From: Antedon mediterranea
Taxonomy: Eukaryota; Animalia; Echinodermata
DNA length: 64,000 nt
NCBI RefSeq assembly: GCF_964355755.1
Contig: NC_092672.1
Span: 26,108,437 to 26,172,436 of the forward strand
Reading direction: 5' to 3'
Shown: in pieces, positions 41,501-53,500 of the stretch
How positions within the stretch are numbered: the first letter of the stretch is position 1
How the letters are laid out: each line of letters starts with the position of its first letter
Program-made: the position numbers and the translations under genes
The notes under the pieces: model-generated
What the model saw: the letters and a program-made list of their open reading frames with translations, nothing else
The model's database searches: none
What the model was told of the DNA's origin: nothing

Positions 41501-44500
41501 CTTTGTTAATGCGTTTTGTGTAGATTATAGGCCTATCCTTCTAAATTAGGCTACTTATTATGATTGGGTGCAAAACCAAATATGCATCAAATAGTCTTTC
41601 TCATCATCATGTTTTTGTCCACATTACATTTGTACTGCATTTTGAAAATAATGAAAATAATTTAACAGTGAATCTATTTTTACTAATTTCTTTTTTATAT
41701 TCATTTATAATTGTTTGCGTATAGCTATACTTAATGTGTTGCATAGGTTAGTTGTAATTGATAATTTTTTAATTTTACAAACTATATTTTAACGTTTTCG
41801 AAAGATTTTTGTTTTTGTCAGACATACCTTGCACAAGGTTAACATGTATTTGTTGTTATACCAATCCTACATTCCTATGCGTTCATTGGTTTTAATTTTA
41901 TTTTTATTATTATTTTATTTATGCCACTAGGAAAATCAGATAGTAAACACAAAGAAGAAACATGCAAGGTATTATTCATTTTTTTAGAATATGCTTATTT
42001 GAAGAGAGATAGGAGGCTGTTCTTATTGAGAAAATTAAATTCTATTTCTTAATCAAACACGACATCTATCAAAGCAATTGTGTTCATTTACTTATTGCAT
42101 ATACTAATTGTGAAACTGAAAGTCGATAAAGTTGTTCCAGTTCATGGATACTTTCTTTGTTTATAATTATGATAAAATGTTTTTGTTATTTATTGGGAAT
42201 ATGTCTTAATTAGTTTATGATAAATTATAGAAAGAAATTCAATACGCTGATCTTGATTTACAAGTCAGTAGGCCTACCTCGGGAAGGATAATAGATAATG
42301 AGGAGCAAACACCATATATAGAAATGTCACACGGAAGACTTGTCAGGAAAGGTATTATGGTTGTATTGAAAAATTAAAGACACTGACTTTGTGTTTATTT
42401 CAAATTCATAAGAAAAGGAGAATAATAATGCTTTGATAAACTGATATTTTTATTGTTTGGATTTCATATCAGAAACACTTGTTTTCTTCTTTTGAATGAA
42501 TTGTTAGTAGGCATAACATAGTGCTGCTTTTCAAATTGAAAAATATTCAACAAAATATAATTATATATATAGCTACAGTAAATTTAAACGTAAGAGAAAA
42601 ACTTAATAATAGAGATATGAAGTTTACAAGTAAAAGTAAACTTAAATATAAAAACAACTTTATTTGTACAGTAAATTTTGGCTAAACACTTGAGTAGATA
42701 GAATTTTTTTTTAATTTCATTTCTTACAAAGTCCGTATCATTGTTGAATTTTTGGAAGATTATTATTTTCTCAAAATTTAGATTTTTATTTGTACAGTGA
42801 TACAACCTTATGACACAATAAATTATGTTTTTATAGAAGTCTTTCAACATCCCAAATAACTTAAAAAATTAACTGCAATTAGTGACAACTTTAACAAGTT
42901 TAAATTTTAGTTCATTTTGTAAAATGAACAGAATACAAAGAAAAAGCCTGACAAATTCGAATACATGAATAACCTTTCTCATCTTTATGCTTTTTGAACA
43001 AATGTCTTTTTTTATATAATTATTGCATTGTTTTAAATGGTCAGCTCATGATCTTGTGAATAACTACTTCTACACACATTTGTTAGCACTACTAGATATG
43101 GCACAGTTTAATCAACCTAACATGTTTTATTTGTTATTTTAAAAAATGGAGTGGATTGATTTGATTGTTTTTATATTTCATGCTCTGATGTATGTATTAA
43201 TTTTGTGGCATACACACTAAAAAAAAAAGGTGCAAATCTCTACCTAAAAAGGTGCAAACCGATGCAACAATAGCAGCTCCCTTTAAGGTGCACAACTGCA
43301 CCTTTGACGGAAGGTGCAATTTTGAACCCTGATAAAGGGTGCTATAATGCTCCTTTGGAGTTCACATTTGCACCATATAAGGTGTAATTTTCTACCCTAA
43401 AAGGTGCAAACTAAATGCAACAATAGCAGCTCCCCAAAGGAGCAAAATTCAACCTCTAAATAAAGGTGCAACTTTACACCCTAATAAAAGGTTCAATAAT
43501 GCTCCCCTAAGATTCAAATTTCTGTTAAAAAGGTGCACAAATAAAAATCACTAAAATACAAAAAATATTGATTAAGCTTTGTATAATTTTATTCAACTTT
43601 AAAACATTACATTATTCAATTCAACTGCTGAATTAATGGATGGCAATTACCAGTCTCTGCACCTTAAATAGAGTGTGGCCATCTCTTCTCAAACCAAAAA
43701 TAGGCCTATTGTTAAAATTATCTAATGATGACATCTTTGGCAGTATTCTCTTCTTATCCCCATATATCTGAAACAGTGTTCTTGATGTCTGGTTCACCTT
43801 TTCCGAACATTTTCACCTGATTATGTACTTTCCTAAAAAGCATGAAATAGGAAGGGAAACTATTATATTAATATTATCATTAATATGACAACATCATACA
43901 ATACATTATTGACATTGTTCTGATTTTTAAAGTCAAATTACCTTGACCACATGCTTCACATACTTTAAAGTATGTTCCTCTCCCTTTCCTCAGCTCGTAG
44001 TATAGTAGGCGCTATACTAGAGTATTACAGTACATGTGGTCACATTTCTTTCTCCTTTTCTGAACATTTTTATTGCTGCTGATTAGAGCAGAGGTGCTCT
44101 TTCATGTTTTAAACTTATTTTATCCCTCCATGACATCATGTAGATTGTAGGCTGTAACTATAATTAAAAATAATGATAATGTGTATAAGAATTTAATATA
44201 GGCCTAATAATACCCAGCTACTGTAACAGCCCACGAAATTCAGAAAAAAGAAGGTCGGCAAAAAATTGCCGACCTTAAATTCGCCAAGGTCGGCAGTCTC
44301 GGCAGTTCTAAAAATAGAAAATTCACCCCAAGGCCTAAACCTCTTGCTAACCTAAAAGGCCTAGCTAGGCCGGAGCCTAGCCTCCCTAGCTATGTTATGC
44401 AAAAAGAACTAGCAAAATTAACTTTAAAAAAATATAAAAACCTAACACTAAAATCTACAAGATAAATTCTATTTGATAATTAATTGCTGAATATCATGGT

Positions 44501-47500
44501 TCTGGAGCTAGCCGTACACAGAGCATAGTTGCTTGCTTGGCATAACAGGGTATTCCCCTACACAGGTCTGTGGCGCGCAGCGCTGTGCCCAGCCAGCTTG
44601 GTTGATAGGAAAGCATGCAGCTCACACACAAAATGATGTAATGGTTGAGTGAATTCAGGGATCATCTTAATTCCATGGTTTGTTAACTAAACACAACATG
44701 GTGGTGAATATGCCTGTTAAAATTTCAATGATACGATCCCTTAAAGTACCATGTTGTTGCTAGGAGGCTTGAAAGGAGGGATCTAGCCTAGTTTCTAGGT
44801 CGGCAATCTCTTGCTGTCCTCTGACAATTTAAGGTCGGCAATAAGGTCGGCAATTGCCGATTGCCGACGTGAAATTCGTGGGCTGCTGTAATAACTAATA
44901 TTAATAACTAGGCCCCTGGCCTGCCTAGCTAGGCCTATTATTGATTATAGGCCTAGCCGGCTAGCTAGGCCTAGGACTGCTTTTAATTAAGTTTAAGGTC
45001 TAGGCCTACCTTTAGTAACCTAGCCTAGCTAGCCTATATTATGCCTAACCTACTAGCTAGACCCAGGTAAGTAGGCTAGGCCTGGTCTAGGACTAGCCCC
45101 CGCCCGAAAGGCTACTGTAGGCTAAGTAGGCCTCTAGACTGCCTACTTTAGGCTTAACCTAGCCTAGGCTAGGCCTAATAGAGGCCGCCTACTAGGTAGA
45201 TAGGCTAGGTAGGAGGCCTCTAGCTAGCCATATTTATTTATTTAGCTATCATTTTTAAGTTTTAGGCCTAGCCTAGGCTTATAGGCCTATACAATAATTA
45301 ATCTAATAAAAACAACCAAACTACATGCCTATAAAGCTTCGTTACTTACTTTTAACAGCTATCCTACACTGGAGAGGTGTGGGAGCTAGGCCTAGTTTAA
45401 TTTTATAGCCTGATTTTTTGGGCGCAAACTCCTCAATTCAAACTGCATGTTTAACAACCGCACGCGCTTAAAATTATTGTTCAATTCCTGTTTCAAATAA
45501 ATTTAGAACAGATGCCTACATTATGATATTAGATATTCTAATAATATTGTTAAATATGAAAGAAAAGTTTACTTATTCTAGACTTAAGCAAACCAGAGTA
45601 AATGACCTCTGAAATTCAATATTTTAACAATTGTTTACAGACATCTTGCGTGCGCATACGGTACGAAAATTGTACAAAAATTGTACAAAAAGGTGCTATT
45701 ATGCACCTTTTAACTGATGTTAAACCTTATAGGGTGCCCAGTTGAATTTATCATGTTAAAGGTATTAAACTTTAATTTTCAGTTACAAGCCAGCGACTTT
45801 TTAATGTTCCGTAAAAAAAAAGATTTGTTCGAATTCCGATAGCTGTCCCCACAAACCTATCTATATTATTATTAATCTTTCTTATTTTTGTTTTAACTTA
45901 CCACAATAATGTCATTCTAAAAAAATTGTCCTTATCATCACCTTTTAAGCTTTTAGAAGCCCTAAGTTAAACATATCAAGAAGCGTTCATTAATCTAATA
46001 GGTCTTATTTGTCACACAGTCACCATGGCCTACTTGGGCCTTTGCGGTGCAGTTCTGCACCTTTGTATACTTGTCTGCATTTTTCGATATAAAAGGTGCA
46101 AAAATAAACCTTTTATGAACTCTGCACCATTTTATGAGAAAAAGGCGCAAATTAGCACCCTTTTATAGGTTTGCACCTTTTATTGCACCTTTAGTTTTAA
46201 GTGTGTACTTTCAAATTTAATTTTCAAATAATATTGTTTTCAGTTTTTAGAACGCATAGTTAAACCATATTTGTTATTTTTAAAGTTAAGAGTACAATAA
46301 TTGTCAGAATTAATACTTATTATATTATTTTTTTAATACTTATTATTATATATTAAAACTATTTTAAATGCATTTTAAAGCAAACTTACAAATTGCAATT
46401 GCAAATTCAATTTCTAACATAAATGCTGACCATGCACTGAATATATTTAGTCCTGCCTTGGGTTTTAATTTATTGGATTTTTTATGCCGCTATAGGAACA
46501 ACACACATTGAACTTGAAGAAGAAAAGTCCAAGGTATTTCTAGTTTTAAAAAAAGGTGCTCTGTTATTATGTTAACAATTTACAAATGCACTCCTCCTAC
46601 TAGGTATGAAGACTTAAACACAGCCTACGTGCTATTAACAAAGCATACATAATATCAGCACCTTTAAAAACGATTTTGTTTATTTGATCTCTATTGTGTC
46701 TTACTAATTATTAACCTTGTATTACAAAATGCAAGAATGGTAAAGAAACGATTTTGGTGAAGAATAGATAATTAATTCCTTTAGAAACCGAAAGCTGATG
46801 AAGTTAATACAGTACATCCTTAACTGCTTTCCTTGTTTATATAATTTCTGGTGCAACTTTTGTGTATATTTTTGTGTATATGTTAACTTTATGATAAATT
46901 ATAGAAAGAGATTCAATACGCTGATCTTGATTTACAAGTCAGTACCTCAGGAAGAGTAATAGATAATGAGGAACAAACACCATATATGGAAATGTCCCAT
47001 GGAAAGCTTGTCAGGAAAGGTATATAATATAGTAGTATTATACAATCCACAATTACAATTTTTTTTTTACTATACCGACATTTCGATTGATTCAGATGGT
47101 TTTTTTTTCAGACATTGTTACTTATTACAGCATTATTTATTTTTGAGTAATTATCTTTTAATTTGTATACAATATATAAATATTACACTAAATATTATAA
47201 TAAAAATATTATAATCCTGTTTCTGATGCGAAAAAAATAACCGATTAATAACTGTGTGACTAATTACCCCTTATCTCGTGGCAGCAGAAACAGGAACAAT
47301 TTTCAATTATTTACCGGTTATGGCAGCGTAAAAATAATTGTTTAAAACATCCACCATTTAACCGGCTATCATTGTGCAACTTTTAGCTGCAACACACACG
47401 GTTATTTGATTTACAGCTGTAGTATCTTGTACGTTTGACCGCCTGATCACATTGCATTTTGGGTAATGTTAATGTGTTTTTCAATGACCAACCACTGGTT

Positions 47501-50500
47501 TAAACGGTTATTTAGGAGTACAGAAAAGACCCTTTTTTATCAACATTCATAAATGACCTATAAAATTAAAACAATAAAATGTACTCCTAAATAGTCTAAC
47601 AGCTCATATACATATACACGAAGGTACTCTATTTCTACTATATATCATATAAATAATATTTTAATGGCTTGGGAGGAGAGTGGATGTGTCGTGTTTTTGA
47701 GTTAGAAACCAATTTTGTAATTAAGTCCTATTTTTTTAATGGAATTTTTTAATTTAGTGCAGTGAAAACAATAAAGGCCAAATTACACAGACGAGCGGTA
47801 ACGGTAAGCGGAAAACGCAAAAGTAGAATCTATGTAATTTCCTTAGGCCGGTGCACACCAAACGCGAAGCCGCGAATTTCGCGTTAAAAAGTGACGCACG
47901 CGGCAGGCAACGGACGCTTCCAGTGTGAACATACACGCGAACAGTGTACGATAGTCAAATTTCAACTTCAACGCGTTGAAAACGACAGCAGCGAAGGCTT
48001 CGCATGCGAATTTTCAAAAGTTGAACCGTGGTCAACTTTTTGAGGCGTCGCGAGCGCGGTTCGCGTTCGTCAACCAATCAGAAGTCAGGAATATCACTCA
48101 TCGACGACACCGACGGCAAAAAAATTGTGGCTGACGTGACGAGCGAGGTCTTTATGGAAATACTTTGTAATTACCCTTCTTGTCTTTACGATAAGGGAAG
48201 TAAGTCATACACAGACAGAAACAAGGATTAATGCATGAAGACAAAATTTCAGACAAACATAACATCTGTGTAGAAGAATGCCAGAAAAACTAGGCCTAAA
48301 ACGCGTCAGAGATCAATTTGTAAAGTGAGTTGGCAAGCCTTCTATTTCTAGCCTACCTATAGGCCTAGGTTACAGGCCATACTAGCGCCTAGCTAGGCCT
48401 ACCTAGGCTAGGGCCTAGGCTACATATACCCTAGTAGGCTAGGCCATGCCAAGTAGTACTTATAGGCCTACATAATACTTACTAATCCCTACTAGTCTAC
48501 TATGTGCTAGGCCAGGCCTAGCCTAGGCCTAGGTTAAGCCTACTACTAAATATGAGTACAGTAGGCCTACTACTAGGCCTAGCTACTAGGCTAGGCTAGG
48601 CCTAGCCTACTTATTATTATTCATTAATATTTATAGGCCTAATAGTTAGTTTATTTAGTGTTGTAAGGCTAGGATAGGCCTAGTAGTAGTAATAACTAAT
48701 ATTAATACATAAATACTGTTGTTTTTGTTTTGTTTTTTTTTAGGTCAATTAGATGAACATTGATAAATGGGATCCTTCAGGCTATTACCAGCGTTACAAA
48801 CTCCACCAATGACCAAGCTAGTAGTTTAAGTGACCAGTATATTATTGCCATGGAATTAAGAGCAATTGCTCCTCAAAAACGTGGACTGGCAATTATGAGG
48901 CTGATACAGGTTTGTATAGACTTTTTTCAAATGGGTATGTCAGTTGGTGACATACATTGGCCAGAAAAAAATTATTTAAGCAATATGCCTTACTATAGCA
49001 ATTTTTTAATACTTGTTTCATTTTTTTTTTAAATAGAAAATGGAAGAGATTAAGGAGGAGTTAGACTGTAACTAGTATTTATTAAGTGGTTATAGAAGGA
49101 AAGCTGAACTGAATGTCTTTTTTTAGCAATAGAGAACACATGGAAATATATGTATATGTTTTGTTATACTCCAATACTAAAAAAAATAGTCAAATTGGCT
49201 GCCAGCTAATGGAATTTTTTTCATTTTATAAGTGAAAACATAAGTTTTTTTGTTTTTTTTTCTATGTAAGTGATTAACTTTGTTAAAACTACAAAATGGC
49301 CTATTAAAATTTGATTTTAGTCATCTTCATTTTTCATGATTCTATGAGACAATACATCTTTAAGTTTAGTGTCATATTTTGGACAAGATATATTGTCTTC
49401 CTGAAAATATAATTTAAAACATTTTCGTTGTGTGTAATACAGTATAACACTTTAGGGTTAGTTATTCACTTTTAACAATAATAATATTTCTTCAATTTTC
49501 GTTTTTTTTTTGGGATGATACATTTTAAATTTATTATTTTGATATTATTTTGCAAAAGTATTCAGGAGTAGTAAAAAAGAAAATCTGGTTGATAAATGAT
49601 ACCTTTAAAAACAATGATTCACTATTTCAATAAGTGTATTTATGTGAAAAAAAAGTCATAAGATACAGTGTAGATATGAGTTTGGGATATTTATTACATT
49701 TAATCAAATGAGAATAAAACTGTATGTTTTTTCATGAATAATATAATATTTAATAATAATTAGAAAATAAATGTGAAAACTTTACATTAATATATAGGCC
49801 TATAGTTTATATTTTGAAAGTGACAAACCCATGAAGATTCCCAGTTCGTGTTTATATGAAATGTTTTATATGGTTATAATAACCTCTGTTGAAAGATATT
49901 TGTAACACCACTAATAAATAGTCAGCAGATCACATGTACGTGTAATCAACATGCAATAAATGCTTTAATTCTTGTAACTGTATTGATATTGGATACATCT
50001 TCTTCTGTCCTTGTGATATATACATACAATCATGCACATTTCAGGCTTTGGAAAAGGATAAAATTTTCCCACCAAAACCAAACACTGTGATTGGTGTAAC
50101 CAGGGAAGAGTTAAATTACATTTTAATTTAACTCTTCTCTGGTTAAACTTACATAGGAAATACTTCAGAGTCATCCTCTCTGATTATTTTAAATGTAGCA
50201 TTGTATTATTGGCCAACCCACTATCTAGGCCTAGCAATCGCGACGAATCAGCACATCGTGACGCGTTTAGTGGGAACCAACAAGAAAAACTAATAGACGC
50301 ATGACAATTCAACTTTCAAAGCGATCCGTCGAATGACGCGTGACGCATGACGCTTTGCGGCTTCGCGTTCGGTGTGCACCGGCCTTTATGACCATTTACA
50401 CAGAACGCGAAGCGGACGGGAGGTAAGCGGAAATACGTGCAGGATAGAAACAAATTCTGTGAAAATACCGCACGGTAATTATGGATTCTGGTCAATCAAC

Positions 50501-53500
50501 GACATGATGTGGCGTCAGCTATTAACAACTGTTTTGAGTGAGTCCGTCAATAAATACGAGTGCCGTAGTAGGCATAGCCTAGTTCTGGAACTTCTTATTA
50601 TTCAATACAAACAACTTGCAACTCGTCTGTGTAAATTGGCATCAACGCTTGACACACATCATTGATTTTAAATTTGTTAGCAATTATTTCAAAAAATTAT
50701 TTGTATTTTCCTTATCAATGTTTTAAGAATGTACTGTTTATGTGTATCATGTTTTGTTTCTTTTTGTTTGTTCTAGCAAAAGACTCAAACAGGTAATGTT
50801 TTGTTGATTATACATTAACTGATTTTTTTAACTGCCAGTAAATATTTTGGTAGCTTACTCACAGGTTTTTTTTACGGTTTTAAGCAACACACATTTATTT
50901 CATGCTGCTATACTGTTCACTATTCACTAATTCCTTCTGTATCACCTATGGGATAATGCTGTTTCAAAAGGGTTCAATTTATTTACATTCTTTTTAGTTA
51001 TTATCATAATGTTATTAGAATTAAGGTTAATATATTATTTATGTGGTAGTTAGTTGTAATCCATATCATAACATTTATATTCAATTCTGTGTTAAATCAC
51101 TTTAATCCAGTTACCTTGTTTTTAGTTTAATGATATATTTGATTTTATTTTGGAAACATCATAACATACATACAATATATGATATAAACACTTAATATAT
51201 TGAAATTTATTTCCATATTTTATAAGATCAACATCAACAAAGTATTTTTTCCGTTGCTTTTCTTTTGCTGTCTTCCTTTGGAACGGTTTATCGATCTCTA
51301 TCCATCAGGCTCATTAAATTTAAAGGTAGCTTTAAAAACTCGCTTTTTTAACTCTTAGTTTTCTTTATTTTTTTAATCTCTTAAATCACATTGCATCTCA
51401 TCATGCGCTATAATCCACATTATTATAATTTTATTAAATCAAGTAGCTAGACTTTTTGCTAGAAGAATGTATACAATTATTAACCTTGTTTTAATAGTTT
51501 AATAAATATATACTACCCTTGTATATTTTTCTTTTCATTTAAATCCTTCAAATGCAGTTCTCTTGTATTTGTGTAGTCCATAGTTCATAAGTGTGCCTGC
51601 TTGAATTGTTATTAATTGTTCAAAATTGTTTGCTTTTACTTTGGAGTGTGTTTCTCTGTCAGGAAAATCTCTCAGGGTATTTCATGATTTCATTTTATTA
51701 TGTAAATCTGCATTAGATATTTGTTTATATTTTTGCATGGTTAATAACAGTTCATAAATTTGTCGAAATGGTTTTATACATAATAAGTAGTAATATAAGT
51801 ACTCCAACCATAATGCATTCGCAACCGTACATTTTCATCCGATAACCATCCAGAAATGGAATGAGCCGCATGTGCGCACACGTCTTAATAAACACACCTG
51901 TATGACATTCTAATGTGTGGATGGTGTGTCTCGTATTTTCCTGAAAAATTTGTATTATTACATTTTTTTTTTTTTTTTTAGATCTGAAAATTCATATTCA
52001 AGTAAGTAACATTAATATTATTTCAATTTTACTTGTAAGTTATAATTGATCAAGTTGTAAAGCTTATTAATAATATAGTATGTTAGAATCAGTCAAATAA
52101 ATATAAATAGGCCTATATGAAATGATGTAATTTGTTGCTTAATTAATTAATAAATAATTAATTAAATTAAAAGCATATAAAAAAAGATGATTGTGACATG
52201 TCTGTATATGTATATTCGTTTGAAGTGTTTGCAAATGGTAGAGGGAGAATAAGCCTAAGAGTGCAAAATCCTGTAGGATCTGATTCAGGGACGTACAACT
52301 GCAACATAGAGGGCAGTAGCCAGCAACATCCAGTCCGCAACAGTTTATCTGTTTATTGTGAGTTTTTATAATTTATTATTCTTAATTGTTCACTAAGGTA
52401 TCTATGTTATTGTTTCTCTTCTTATTTGTTTATTTATTTATTGTGTTATGAAATTCAGGATTTACATAATATTTTTAAACAAAGGGATAAAGATGGTAAA
52501 CCCCGAGTACTTAGCAAGACATGGTATCGATAATTTTGAAATGAAGTGCAGATATGGACCAGAAGATATGCAGTTAACAGGTTACAAGTGGAAGAAGATT
52601 AAAGAAGATGGCACAACAGAGATCGAGGATTGTTCTAAAGATCCTAATTTTGAAGTAAAATGTTACCAAAATAGCATTCTCTCGTTAAAGAAAATAAGCA
52701 ATTTTGTAATTGGTGATACTGGGAAGTATCATTGTGAAATTCATCCAATTGCTGAAGAAAAAAGTCTGAAAGCTTCTACAAAGCTGACAGTAGTAGCTAA
52801 AGGTAAGTTTTTTTTAAAATAATTTATGAACACTGTACAGTAGCGGATTTTGTAAATAAGGCGTGGTGATATTGTGTGTAGTACATATTATGTATTGTAA
52901 AACAATGTGCTAATGTTTTATTTTTTTGCATTAAACTGTTCAATATTTAGAGAAAACTGTTCAATATTTAGAGAAAACTCAGGCTGCCCTTCCCCGTAAA
53001 CCATGGGTCTGCCTATGCTGTACTATTCTTATTTCAAACATTTATTTTAGATACTGAATTAAAAATAGTTTTAGTAATATTTTGTAATTCTTAAGGTATA
53101 CGTTAGTGGGCTAAAAATTATGATACAGAAATTGATCTGTTGATTTGTATGCCTAGCTAAACAAATCTAGTACTTGGTTGCAGTCCTACCAAACACCATG
53201 CACATCCTGCATCACCACACATCACATAATGATATGAATAATATACTGTGTGGTGTTAAATAGGGTTGCGAACTGTTTAGTATGGAAACTAATTCCAATA
53301 CAATACAGGATCTCTAAATGATTGACTATCGTAAATTTTGGCCTTACTTATTTTACATTTGTATTTTAAAATGCGCTATATGTGAACATTTGTGTAATTT
53401 AACACGTATGAATTTGGATTTCTTAAAAGGCAAGAATAACTTAAACGAAAGGCCAGCCAGTGTGTTTACCCATAGGTCATTTGGCCTTAATATCGAATGT

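Noticed and set aside
52448-52822. Independent second Ig gene starting at ATG 52448
   Set aside because: The first 12 codons look like intron ending in an acceptor at 52484, there is no convincing signal-peptide exon upstream, and the preceding exons chain in frame from the TM exon. Not fully excluded without cDNA.
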